A stretch of DNA of 64,000 bases, from assembly GCA_963697895.1 (NCBI GenBank), contig OY969100.1, positions 480,001 through 544,000 on the forward strand, in the 5' to 3' direction. This document shows positions 8,808 to 21,066 of the stretch, in pieces. Position 1 is the stretch's first letter; each line of letters opens with the position of its first letter. The notes beneath the pieces are model-generated. The model was not told where the DNA came from. It did no database searches and was given only the letters and a program-made list of their open reading frames with translations. The DNA comes from an uncultured Methanomicrobiales archaeon (lineage in GTDB: Archaea > Halobacteriota > Methanomicrobia > Methanomicrobiales > Methanospirillaceae). Both the position numbers and the translations under genes were made by a program.

Positions 8808-10328
8808 ATGAATACTGATAAAAAAATAAAGAGATATGCCTTCATCGCCCGTGTTCCGGATGAACCGGGTGCTCTTCATAAAGCCGCCGAGATCATGAAG
8901 CGGTACGGGGCAAATATCAACCGGGTTCAGTTTGACCGGAGGATCGATCTCGGCACAGTATTCTTTGAAGCCACCTCCACCGGAACAGCATACCGGAGGA
9001 TTTGTGAAGAACTTGAAGCCATTGGGTATCTCCAGTCGTCCCTCAAGGCTTTGAGCCTGCTTCGGTTCTCTGTATTTCTTCCCCACCAGCCGGGGGCATT
9101 GTTTGATTTCCTGAGTTATACGACTTCATCGGGAGCAAATATTGCATTTATCGATTTCGATGATAAAGGAAAGCATCCTGAACGGGTGACCATGAGCCTG
9201 AACGTTTCCGACAGTGCCACTGCTGATATGCTTCTTCAGCAGCTGACGTCAAAGTACCGGATCGAGATCCTTGAATATGACACCACCGGAAAACATCTTG
9301 ATGATACGGTATTTTATCTTCGGTTTGCACAAAATATCCGGTCCCTGATCGGGGATTCTGAAGATGAATTCCTGATGCAGCTGCTCTCCGATATCAACCA
9401 TATCGTTCAGGAACTAATGAATCTGGGGAAGGATCCCCACGAGGTCTTCGACCGGGTGATCCGGATCGGGACGACCCTCCGCAGTACCACCGGAAGAGGA
9501 TTTTATGCCGATATTCAGCGGGTTCCGCTGAACAAGACTTCCCAGCTCATCTGCATCCAACTTCCCTGTGGAGGGAATGTCTTCCTCATCGAGACGCCCG
9601 GGGAGACGGTTATGATCGACACCGGTTACGGTGTCTACTATCCGGATCTCCATGCGCTTCTCACCGGGGCATACTCAGGTGCAGCACGGAAACTCACCCG
9701 GATCGTGATCACTCACGCAGATGCAGATCATTGCGGCGCTTCAGGGTTTTATCCGGTTCCTGCTGTCATGCATCGTGGAACACAGGAGATCATCAGGGAA
9801 GCAAACCGGGCGTACCGATCCCGGAACGAAGCCTCGATCCTCGAAGAAGTCTATACCACCCTGATCAACCGGTTTTCGCGATTCAACCCCCCTCCGCAGA
9901 TAGATCTCTTTCCGGACGGGTACCTCGGCAGGGAAGGGATATTTCCGGTTATTTCCCGCCTGAAGGTCGGGCCGCTTGATTTTACCGTGCTGGAGGGATT
10001 GGGTGGTCATATGTACGGTCAGGTATATCTTCTGTGCCGGGAAGCCGGTCTTCTTTTTGCTGCCGATACGATACTCAATTTTAAGCATTTGACGCCCGAA
10101 CGCTCCGCGTATAATTCAATCGCGGTCTTTCTCGTTACTTCGGTCAATGTCGACAGCGATGTCGCACGGAAGGAGCGCCAGGCACTCCTCGAGATCGTGT
10201 CGGGGATTGACGAGGAATGGAAAGACCGGGAAAGACAATGCCTTATCTGCGGGGGACATGGCCCGATCTCGGTGCGATCGGAGGATGAACTTGTTCCTTT
10301 TGGTCAGATCGAGCACTATAAGGGATAA
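8808..10328 (+). CDS. Tandem ACT domains fused to a metallo-beta-lactamase-fold hydrolase
   Basis: Two ACT repeats (VPDEPGALH...GANI; LPHQPGALF...GANI); MBL motifs IDTG, THADADH, GGH, FAAD and GGHG. Confidence 0.85.
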   Translation: MNTDKKIKRYAFIARVPDEPGALHKAAEIMKRYGANINRVQFDRRIDLGTVFFEATSTGTAYRRICEELEAIGYLQSSLKALSLLRFSVFLPHQPGALFDFLSYTTSSGANIAFIDFDDKGKHPERVTMSLNVSDSATADMLLQQLTSKYRIEILEYDTTGKHLDDTVFYLRFAQNIRSLIGDSEDEFLMQLLSDINHIVQELMNLGKDPHEVFDRVIRIGTTLRSTTGRGFYADIQRVPLNKTSQLICIQLPCGGNVFLIETPGETVMIDTGYGVYYPDLHALLTGAYSGAARKLTRIVITHADADHCGASGFYPVPAVMHRGTQEIIREANRAYRSRNEASILEEVYTTLINRFSRFNPPPQIDLFPDGYLGREGIFPVISRLKVGPLDFTVLEGLGGHMYGQVYLLCREAGLLFAADTILNFKHLTPERSAYNSIAVFLVTSVNVDSDVARKERQALLEIVSGIDEEWKDRERQCLICGGHGPISVRSEDELVPFGQIEHYKG

Positions 10329-10431
10329 ATAACAAGATCCCAAATAGGCCTATGAGATAATGCGCGGCAATTTCTCCTCAATCTCCCGATGATTCGGCCA
10401 AGGGGATCCCTGGTTTTTTTCTCCTCATTTT

Positions 10432-11235
10432 TTACCCTTCAATATCTCGTTTCCGGCGATCAAGAAACCGCTTTATTGAGAGATCGATAAACGCCTGCTC
10501 ACTTTCGATTCCGATATATGTTCTTCCGAGATGGTAAGCGGCGAGCCCGGTGGTCGAACTACCTGCGAACGGGTCGAGGACGAGGTCTCCAATCTGCGAA
10601 CTTGCAGAGACAATCCGCCTGAGTAGGGCACATGGTTTTTGTGTGGGGTGTTTTCCATGTTTCTTTTCACCCCGCTTCGGGGACGGAATGCTCCACACGG
10701 AACGCATCTGTCGTCCGGTTTTTTTCAATATATCGTCTTCCCAGTCTCCATTTTTCAGGGTTTCATAATTGAAGCAGTGCTTCGACCCGGTATGCTTTCG
10801 TGCCCAGATCAGGGTTTCATGGCTGGCGGTAAAGTACCTGCCGCTCAGATTGGGAGGTGCGTTTGGTTTAAACCAGCAGATGTCATTCAGAATGTGATAT
10901 CCAAGGCTGGTGAGTGCATACCCGCAGGCATAGATCGAGTGGTAGGTTCCACTGATCCATATACTTCCGTCATCCTTGAGAACTCTTCTGCATGCACCGA
11001 TCCATTCCCGGTGAAACCGGAAATCCTCATCGATACCGCTGCTCCGGTCCCACGTTCCCTTGAGAACCGGCGCTCTTCGCCCGTTCTGGCAGGTAAATCC
11101 TCCATTGGAGAGATTGTAGGGGGGGTCCGCAAAGATAAGGTCGACCGATCCTTCCGGCAGCTCACGCAGAACCTCAATGCACTCCCCGTGATAGAGCGTG
11201 AACCCGTCTTCTGAAAAGTCCGGTTCTTTTGTCAT
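10432..11235 (-). CDS. Orphan beta-class N6-adenine/N4-cytosine DNA methyltransferase (DpnA-like)
   Basis: IFADPPY (motif IV) precedes HPTQKP and DPFAGS (motif I); LSNGG...KGTWD and SHETLIWA resemble DpnA/CcrM-type enzymes. Confidence 0.9.
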   Translation of the reverse strand: MTKEPDFSEDGFTLYHGECIEVLRELPEGSVDLIFADPPYNLSNGGFTCQNGRRAPVLKGTWDRSSGIDEDFRFHREWIGACRRVLKDDGSIWISGTYHSIYACGYALTSLGYHILNDICWFKPNAPPNLSGRYFTASHETLIWARKHTGSKHCFNYETLKNGDWEDDILKKTGRQMRSVWSIPSPKRGEKKHGKHPTQKPCALLRRIVSASSQIGDLVLDPFAGSSTTGLAAYHLGRTYIGIESEQAFIDLSIKRFLDRRKRDIEG

Positions 11236-11424
11236 CGTGAAGAACTCCGCATCTCACCTGCTCTCCGTTCGATGGGAATGATCCCGTGCGCTCAGATTTC
11301 GTTCCGTGATCAAATCCCGTTATTTAACAGGTATGTGCATCCCGCATTAATGATTTACCCTGATGTCCGGGAAGTTATCACGAAATTCTCTTCTGCTATG
11401 CGATCAAACCTGATCAAAGGTACC

Positions 11425-12021
11425 ATGCAGCAGCGAGTCCAGGACATGATGCGCCTCATGTCGTCAAAGGTCCGGTCAATAGCCGACACACTCTCGGATG
11501 ACGAGATACACCGGTTTCTCGACGAGATTCTCCGGGCAAAACGGATATATGTAATGGGTGCAGGCCGTTCCGGCCTGGTAGCGAAGGCATTTGCCATGCG
11601 CCTCATGCACCTCGGTCTCTCGTCATTTGTTGTCGGTGAGACTATCACACCTGCAATGAGCCCCGGAGATGTGATGGTCATCTTCTCGGGTTCCGGGAGG
11701 ACCAAGACAGTCGCTGATATTGCAGAGACCGCGAAGGAGATCGGAGCACGCATCTGTCTGATTACGTCGAATGCAGACTCCCGGATAGGAAAGATCGCCG
11801 ATGTAATCGTTATCATTGAACATCAACGCGATGAAGTTGCGGATGATGCGGCCGAATTCGAGATACGACAGATGATGGGTGAGCATAAGTCTTTTGCACC
11901 GCTCGGCACTATCTTTGAAACCGCCGCAATGGTATTTGCAGATGCTATTATATCCCGGCTGATGGAGATCAAGGAGATTGATGAACGGGATCTCCGTTCT
12001 CATCATGCAAATGTCGAATGA
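11425..12021 (+). CDS. hxlB: 6-phospho-3-hexuloisomerase (SIS domain)
   Basis: GAGRSGLVAKAFAMRLMHLG, GETITP, SGSGRT, APLGTIFE and C-terminal HANVE. Confidence 0.93.
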   Translation: MQQRVQDMMRLMSSKVRSIADTLSDDEIHRFLDEILRAKRIYVMGAGRSGLVAKAFAMRLMHLGLSSFVVGETITPAMSPGDVMVIFSGSGRTKTVADIAETAKEIGARICLITSNADSRIGKIADVIVIIEHQRDEVADDAAEFEIRQMMGEHKSFAPLGTIFETAAMVFADAIISRLMEIKEIDERDLRSHHANVE

Positions 12022-13141
12022 GGGAGTCAGTTATGCAGTTGGGACGATGTGCGGGTCGGGTAAAGGGGATCGAGATTTCGGGCATACGAAAACTCTTTGA
12101 GTCGGCCGGCCCAGGATCGATCAATCTCGGGCTTGGGCAACCTGACTTTGATACGCCGGAGCATATTAAGAATGCCGCGATACGGGCGATCGCGGAAGGG
12201 AGAACCGGATATACGAGCAACCTCGGGATACCCGAACTCAGAACGGCAATCTGCGAGAAATTCGAACGTGAGAACGGTCTGTCCTATAATCCGGATCAGG
12301 TGATTGTGACCGCTGGTGCAAGCGAGGCATTACATATCATCATGCATGCGCTGTGTGACGAGGGCGATCGGGTGCTCTTTGCTGACCCTGGTTTTGTATC
12401 CTATGCAGCCCTCGCCACCCTTGCCGGCGGCTGTCCCGAGGGCGTGCGGCTCGATAAAAGCTTCATATCGATCTTAATGCTGCACAGGAACAGTTGGATG
12501 GGGCACGGATCTTCGTCCTTAATTCCCCGGGAAATCCAACCGGCGCAGTGGAGACGCGGGATTCGATCCGGAGTCTCGTTGAGTATGCAACCGATGCCGG
12601 TGTCACGGTGGTCAGCGATGAAGTCTATGAGCACTTCGTCTACGGGGTACAACACGCGAGTGCCGCGCTCTTCGGGGATGATGTGATCACGGTAAATGCC
12701 TGCAGCAAGACGTACGCAATGACCGGATGGCGGCTTGGATATCTTGCCGGTCCGAAGGAGTATGTGGAAGAGTGCCTGAAGGTGCACCAGTATGCGCAGG
12801 CGTGTGCTGGTTCCATATCCCAGTATGCAGCGGTCGCCGCATATACCGGGGATCAGACACCTGTCGAGGAGATGCGGAGGGAGTATGAAGTGCGGCGGAA
12901 TTACCTCTTCACTGAACTCAGAGAACTCGGGTTTGTCTTTCCGCTTCCTGAGGGGGCATTTTACCTGTTTGTCCCGATGAAACCTGAGTTAATCGACAGG
13001 ATTCTCCGGCAGGGTGTTGTCATTGTCCCTGGTAGCGCTTTCGGGGTGAATGCGCCGGAATATGCCCGCATGAGTTATGCTACATCGCGTGAGAACCTGA
13101 GCCGTGCTGTCGAGCGTATAACAGATGCAATACGTGAGTGA
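12018..13141 (+). CDS. Class I/II PLP-dependent (aspartate-type) aminotransferase (apparent 1-nt deletion at ~12460)
   Basis: INLGLGQPDF and YTSNLGIPELR in frame 1; NSPGNPTG, SDEVY and SKTYAMTGWRLG in frame 2. Confidence 0.88.
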
Positions 13142-13145
13142 TTCT

Positions 13146-14183
13146 ATGGAAAAAGATCTCCTGAAGAAACTATCCAATGCCCACGGAATTTCGGGCAGTG
13201 AAGGAAATGTATTCGATATTGTCCGAAAAGAGCTGAAGAACTGCGTGGATGAGATCCATGAGGATGCGATGGGCAATCTGATCGCGGTAAAGCGCGGCAA
13301 TAAGTTTAAGATCATGCTTGCTGCCCATATGGACGAGATCGGCCTCATGGTGAAGTTCATTGATGAAAAAGGATTCATCCGTTTCATCACGATTGGAGGA
13401 TGGTATCCCCCGACCCTGTATAACCAGCGGGTTATCCTTCATGGTACACGGGGAAAAGTTCCCGGTGTGATCGGGGGGAAACCTCCACATAAAATGGACG
13501 AGGAGGAGCGGAAGAAAGGGATCAAGACAGATGACCTGTTTATTGATGTTGGTGCGACCAGTGCGGAAGATGTATCGGGGCTTGGGATCGAGATCGGCTC
13601 CCCGATCACCATCGACCGCGAGCTTATGGAACTTGCAAACGGGCGTCTGACCGGGAAAGCGTTTGATAACCGGGCCGGTGTTGTTCTCCTAATAAGAACC
13701 CTGCAGGAGGTTAAATCTCCGTTTACGATCCTTGGCGTTTTTACCGTTCAGGAAGAGGTCGGTCTGAAAGGCGCAAAGACCAGCGCATTTTCCCTGTCTC
13801 CGGACTGCGCAATTGCAATTGATGTGACCATCCCCGGAGACCATCCCGGAATAGAAAAGAAAGATGCTGCACTGGAAATGGGAAAAGGGCCGTCTATCAC
13901 CATTGCTGATGCATCCGGGCGGGGTCTCATTGCACATCCCGCGATGATCCGCTGGCTGAAGGATGCGGCCGCGGTTAGTGATATTCACGTGCAGATGGAG
14001 GTCGGGAGTGGAGGAACGACCGATGGGACCGCGATTCACCTGGAAAGGGGAGGCATCCCCACGACCACCCTGAGCGTACCGGCGCGGTACATCCATTCCC
14101 CCGTCGAGGTGCTGGATACCGCAGATCTTGAAGCCGGCGTACGTCTTCTTGTGGAAGCCCTGAAGACGAAACCAAAATTATAA
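13146..14183 (+). CDS. M42 family (TET-like) metallo-aminopeptidase
   Basis: AAHMDEIG, KAFDNR, QEEVGLKGA, GGTTD and RYIHSPVE motifs. Confidence 0.93.
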   Translation: MEKDLLKKLSNAHGISGSEGNVFDIVRKELKNCVDEIHEDAMGNLIAVKRGNKFKIMLAAHMDEIGLMVKFIDEKGFIRFITIGGWYPPTLYNQRVILHGTRGKVPGVIGGKPPHKMDEEERKKGIKTDDLFIDVGATSAEDVSGLGIEIGSPITIDRELMELANGRLTGKAFDNRAGVVLLIRTLQEVKSPFTILGVFTVQEEVGLKGAKTSAFSLSPDCAIAIDVTIPGDHPGIEKKDAALEMGKGPSITIADASGRGLIAHPAMIRWLKDAAAVSDIHVQMEVGSGGTTDGTAIHLERGGIPTTTLSVPARYIHSPVEVLDTADLEAGVRLLVEALKTKPKL

Positions 14184-14990
14184 TAAAAAATTCGCATCAT
14201 TATTTTCTGCCCGCATTCCTCATCAGTTCTCAGTTTTTTTATATTGCTGCCATATAACCCATCATGTTTATCCAAAAACGGATGATTTCGATCACCAGAT
14301 ATTTATATAAAAATGATAATTCCGATTATTTCCTCGGGGTTCCCGTTCACTCGATAAGGAAAATTAAATCAAAGGTTGATTCGCGCAGGGAATATGAGAT
14401 GCTGAAATCATATTAAGCGTAAGTTAAGCTATTTATTGATCCCAAAATCGACACGCAAATGGAGCCTTGTCTTAGCCTTACCAACGGATATCAGTACAAT
14501 TATCATATACGACAATTATATCAGAAAATTCTGCTGCTTCACTGGAGGTGATGGAATCCGGAAATCTTACATGATGGATGAGGATATCCAAATTTAACTA
14601 CGATGCCCCACTTCACTGATTAACTTATCCTGTAACAATGGTATTCGCCAAGAGGAGACTCCTGTTTTCCGATTTTTTACCTGTCTGCCCTTGTCTGACA
14701 ATATACAGGGCATATGAATTGACATTAAAACCGCGCCAGATTTGGGTCGGAGGAGTTTCCGAGAGCGACTATATCGGTTCGAAACCAGCTCACTCTGTTT
14801 GTAGGGGTACATCTGGTTAAGCTATTATTTACTATGAATAAAGTCAATGAAAAATACTCTATTCTGTCTTCAGGTCACCTCCAACTTCGCATGCCAGATA
14901 AGGAAGTGAAAGAACTGGTGAAGTAAAATTTTACCCGCGTGACTGTCTCTATATATCATTTTAATCGTGGATTGGGACCATTTTTGAGGA

Positions 14991-15004
14991 CAAAGTTTAT
15001 ATAT
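14991..15004 (+). promoter_or_regulatory. Putative BRE/TATA promoter of the PKD-repeat gene
   Basis: CAAAG-TTTATATA about 110 nt upstream of ATG 15114; GAGGTG SD at 15104-15109; hairpin AGGGTG-cgtat-CACCCT at 15047-15063. Confidence 0.5.
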
Positions 15005-15113
15005 CTTAAGGGAGAGCATATTCTGAATATATTTATAGGAGAAATCAGGGTGCGTATCACCCTTCGTTTCGCCAAATGAGGTTGATCTTAACATATCACA
15101 ATAGAGGTGTCGT

Positions 15114-18100
15114 ATGAAACAAGTGTTTGGAGCCAGAATTGCCCTTATATTGGCAATCTGCATGCTTATCGTGCTGCCTGTCACGGCAGCGCCGAATTAC
15201 GTAGAGGTGAACAAAGCGTGGGATCCGATCCTTAATGGTTCAACCATCTACGATAGTATCGTAAAGGGACAGAACGGTTTTGCCACGATCCAGGAAGGTA
15301 TTAACGCCGTGGATCCGGGTGGAGAGGTTTTCGTCTATGCGGGGACGTATAACGAAGATGTCATCGTGAACAAATCGCTATCGCTCTTCGGCGAAGAAAA
15401 CGCGGTGGATCCGACCGTTCCGGGTTGGAATGGAAATACGATCATCGTCGCATCATCGTCAGGCGGTTTCCTGAACGCCGGCTACTCTCCTTATATCATT
15501 GCGAGTGATGTTACATTCTCCGGTTTCAAAGTAACCGGCGCTGCACCCGCATTATACATCGGCGGAGACGGGGTTACCCTGGATAACATCAAAGTACAGA
15601 ACTGTGAACTGACCGGAAGGACAGAGGCTGGAATCCTCGTATCCAACCGAAGTGACTCACAGATCACGAATATCCAGGTGGATCAGATCTGGTCCCATGA
15701 CAACCCGACCGGGAATGGGGTCATGTTATATAACATAAACGGTGTTGTGGTCTCCAATTCTCTCATCCAGAAGAATGGTTTGTCAACCGGTACAGCGGAG
15801 AAGCAGTTCGGCATCTGGGTAACCGGAAATACGGGCGGTATTGAGATCGGAAATACGATCACGGGAAATACCTTCACCGGGAACCAGGGCGGATCCATCC
15901 TTATCTCACCCAATATCGGCCAGACGGTCGGGGCAATGGCAATCCACCAGAACAAATTCCTCGATTCCGGGCCAGGAGTGAAGAACGACGGGTTTCCTGC
16001 CTTCATCGACAGCACTGAGAACTGGTGGGATGCGGTCTGTGTCCCCAATGTGGCCTTGAAAACGCTCGGCCTTGTCGATTATGATCCCTGGTACCTTGAT
16101 TCCGATATGACCACCTTGTCCGATTCACCGGGTGCCAGACCCACCGCGCAGTTCGCAGCGACTCCCAAACAGGGTTCTCTACCCCTCGAGGTCAGTTTTA
16201 CCGACGCATCGACGAGCTTTGCCCCCATTAATACCTGGAACTGGAGTTTCGGAGATGATTCCTACCAGAATTTCACGGGATCCGCACCGGTGATGGTAAA
16301 TCATACGTATACTACCCCAGGGGTCTATACCGTAAAATTGACTGTTCTTAACTGTCTGAATAACCCCAATAACAAAGATAGTGTCACTAAAAAGGACCTC
16401 ATTAAGGCCGGGGTGGAACCGACTGCCAAATTCTCGGCCACTCCGAATTCCGGAGACGCTCCACTCTTCGTTACGTTTACCGACGAGTCGACCACGCCGG
16501 CCGGCAATATCACCTCATGGAATTGGGATTTCGGTGATGGTAACTTCAGCACATCCCAGAATGTGACACATACCTATTCTGTATCAGGAACATTTGAGTC
16601 CAGGTTGACCGTACAGAATAGTTTCAACCAGACCGACAGCAAAAAGAAAAATATTACGGTCTCGATCCCCTTACCCATCGCAAACTTCTCTGCTGATATG
16701 CAATCGGGTTCAGCACCCTTGCCGGTAAACTTCATAGATCTCTCGACGAGCTATGCCCCGTATCCGATCAACTCCTGGAACTGGAACTTCGGTGACGGCG
16801 GTTCAAACAACATGCAAAACCCCTCGTACGTCTACCTGACACCCGGTACCTACCCGGTCTCGCTCACGGTAACGAATGCGGGCGGGAGCAATTCCACAAT
16901 AAAGAACGGATATATCACGGTGTATCCCGTTGTTGATCCTGACTTTACCAGTAATGTGACTTCCGGCGCTTCGCCCCTCTCTGTACAGTTCAACGATACA
17001 TCGACCGGAAATCCCACTATCTGGCAGTGGGACTTCGGCGATGGAGACACCTCAAATCTCCAGAACCCCACGCATGTCTATCTGGCGGAGGGCTCTTACG
17101 ACGTAACTCTCCGTGCCGGGAACCCGGGCGGAAGCAACCAGATCATAAAGAACGGGTATATCTCCGTGATTGTCGGGCCGGTCGCGAACTTCAAGAGAAG
17201 CCCGACCGTTGGCGGGCTTCCGCTCCTGGTGAACTTCACAGACAATTCAACCGGGGACCCGACATCCTGGCATTGGGATTTCGGCGACGGGAACACATCG
17301 AACCAGGAGAACGCATCGCACACATACAACGCACTCGGTAATTTCAGTGTGACGCTCCAGGTGTCCAATGCGGCCGGCTCCAATGAGACGACAAAAGTGA
17401 TCAGGGTCATCCCGGCGCCTGTTGCAGACTTTACGGGTACCCCGGTACTCGGCACGGTGCCTCTTGAAGTCCAGTTCAATGATACATCCGATGTCAGTGA
17501 TCCAACGTTCTGGCAGTGGGACTTCGGTGACGGTCAGATAGCCGGCGGTGGAAGTCTGTTACCGGTTAATTACAACCCGCTCCACACATACAACGCACCG
17601 GGGACGTATACCGTGAGTCTCCTGATAACGAATCCCGCGGGACAGGACATGATCACGAAGACAAGCTACATCACAGTAGTGACCACTCCTGTCGCGAGCT
17701 TTTCGACCGATCCTGACCCTGCGGAAGGCAATGCGCCGCTGGTGGTCAGATTTACGGATACTTCATCCGGCACGCCGAGACTCGTAACCTGGAACTTTGG
17801 AGATGGCAGTCTTCCATCGAATGATAAGAATCCTCTCCACGTGTATACCCGTGCAGGTGTCTACAACGTTACGCTAACCGCCCAGAACATGGCCGGATAC
17901 AATTCCACCACAAAGCAGGTCAAGGTCAAGGTTCTCCCGGTCGCCAGTTTCGGTGCAAACCAGACAACCGGAATCGCACCGCTTAACGTCCAGTTCACGG
18001 ATACCTCTACCGGGGTGCCAACCAGCTGGGAGTGGAACTTCGGTGATGGCAATACGTCCACCCTGAAGCATCCCCAACATGAATATACAACCCCGGGCAG

Positions 18101-18698
18101 CTACACGGTTCGACTGAACGTGTCTAATGATGCGGGTTCGGACGAGGTCACCAGGGCCAATTTCATCACGGTGAAGACGCCCCTCCGCGCATCATTCAGC
18201 TTCACAACGAGCAACCCGGATAACACCTCTCCCCTGATGGTCTCCTTCATGGACACCTCACCGGATCACCCGACCACCTGGGAGTGGAGCTTCGGTGACG
18301 GGTCCACTTCATCCCTGGCGAACCCGGTCCATGTCTACCTGAATCCGGGGAACTACACCGTTATCCAGAAAGTGACAAACTACATCGAATATGGCATGAC
18401 ATCCCAGGTTATCGCGGTTAACGAACCGCTGATAGCGGATTTCAAGGCCGAACCGGTCACCGGGTCCATACCCCTGACGGTGGCCTTCAAGGACACGTCA
18501 ACCGGAAGCAATATCACCCAGTGGGACTGGACGTTCGGAGACCTCCAGGAGTTCAGCACCACGAATCCGGCTGAAAAGAACCCGGTGCATACCTATCATG
18601 TGATCGGCCCGAAGACCGTGAGCCTGACCGTGCACCGGGGATCGGCAATGAATTCTACGGTGAAGACGAGCCTGATTCAGGTTCTTCCCTTCCCATAA
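15114..18698 (+). CDS. Secreted/surface protein: parallel beta-helix domain plus 10 PKD domains
   Basis: Signal peptide; TIQEGIN...GTYNE.V.VNKSL and NWW...VDYDPW beta-helix features; ten W.FGD PKD repeats; many N-x-S/T sequons. Confidence 0.9.
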   Translation: MKQVFGARIALILAICMLIVLPVTAAPNYVEVNKAWDPILNGSTIYDSIVKGQNGFATIQEGINAVDPGGEVFVYAGTYNEDVIVNKSLSLFGEENAVDPTVPGWNGNTIIVASSSGGFLNAGYSPYIIASDVTFSGFKVTGAAPALYIGGDGVTLDNIKVQNCELTGRTEAGILVSNRSDSQITNIQVDQIWSHDNPTGNGVMLYNINGVVVSNSLIQKNGLSTGTAEKQFGIWVTGNTGGIEIGNTITGNTFTGNQGGSILISPNIGQTVGAMAIHQNKFLDSGPGVKNDGFPAFIDSTENWWDAVCVPNVALKTLGLVDYDPWYLDSDMTTLSDSPGARPTAQFAATPKQGSLPLEVSFTDASTSFAPINTWNWSFGDDSYQNFTGSAPVMVNHTYTTPGVYTVKLTVLNCLNNPNNKDSVTKKDLIKAGVEPTAKFSATPNSGDAPLFVTFTDESTTPAGNITSWNWDFGDGNFSTSQNVTHTYSVSGTFESRLTVQNSFNQTDSKKKNITVSIPLPIANFSADMQSGSAPLPVNFIDLSTSYAPYPINSWNWNFGDGGSNNMQNPSYVYLTPGTYPVSLTVTNAGGSNSTIKNGYITVYPVVDPDFTSNVTSGASPLSVQFNDTSTGNPTIWQWDFGDGDTSNLQNPTHVYLAEGSYDVTLRAGNPGGSNQIIKNGYISVIVGPVANFKRSPTVGGLPLLVNFTDNSTGDPTSWHWDFGDGNTSNQENASHTYNALGNFSVTLQVSNAAGSNETTKVIRVIPAPVADFTGTPVLGTVPLEVQFNDTSDVSDPTFWQWDFGDGQIAGGGSLLPVNYNPLHTYNAPGTYTVSLLITNPAGQDMITKTSYITVVTTPVASFSTDPDPAEGNAPLVVRFTDTSSGTPRLVTWNFGDGSLPSNDKNPLHVYTRAGVYNVTLTAQNMAGYNSTTKQVKVKVLPVASFGANQTTGIAPLNVQFTDTSTGVPTSWEWNFGDGNTSTLKHPQHEYTTPGSYTVRLNVSNDAGSDEVTRANFITVKTPLRASFSFTTSNPDNTSPLMVSFMDTSPDHPTTWEWSFGDGSTSSLANPVHVYLNPGNYTVIQKVTNYIEYGMTSQVIAVNEPLIADFKAEPVTGSIPLTVAFKDTSTGSNITQWDWTFGDLQEFSTTNPAEKNPVHTYHVIGPKTVSLTVHRGSAMNSTVKTSLIQVLPFP

Positions 18699-19011
18699 CA
18701 TATCTTTTTTCCCCTGCCCTGAAGCGGGTCATTTTTGTATATAGAATTGTTTCCCGGTATGGGCCAGCTGAACAACCGATGTGATCATCCGTTAACCCCT
18801 CTTTCAGTGCCTTCCCTTATCAGAAAAAATGTTATCAAACTGGCAATCCCGAACGGTACGCCATCACCCGGCTCTGTATTGAAAATTGGGTTTGCGTTTT
18901 ATGTTTTTTCCCATCAAACTGATTAAAGTGCAAGATTTCCGAAATGGTCTGACTGGTTATCCTGAAAAATGAGCTGCAGGCAAGGGAAGGAGAACGGGAA
19001 TCTCTTTTCAC

Positions 19012-20963
<1,952 letters not shown>

Positions 20964-21066
20964 ATGATCACTTTTTTTCCGGGGATCGGATCGCAGAAGA
21001 CTGCTGATGGGGTCGCGTATCCACCCGCCATAGAGGATATCGCTGTCCGGAGGACCAGGCTCTGGT

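Noticed and set aside
16140-18660. Recurrent TGGGACTTCGGTGACGG-like DNA motif as a CRISPR or other repeat array
   Set aside because: It encodes the WDFGDG motif of PKD domains, recurring roughly every 250 bp inside one ORF
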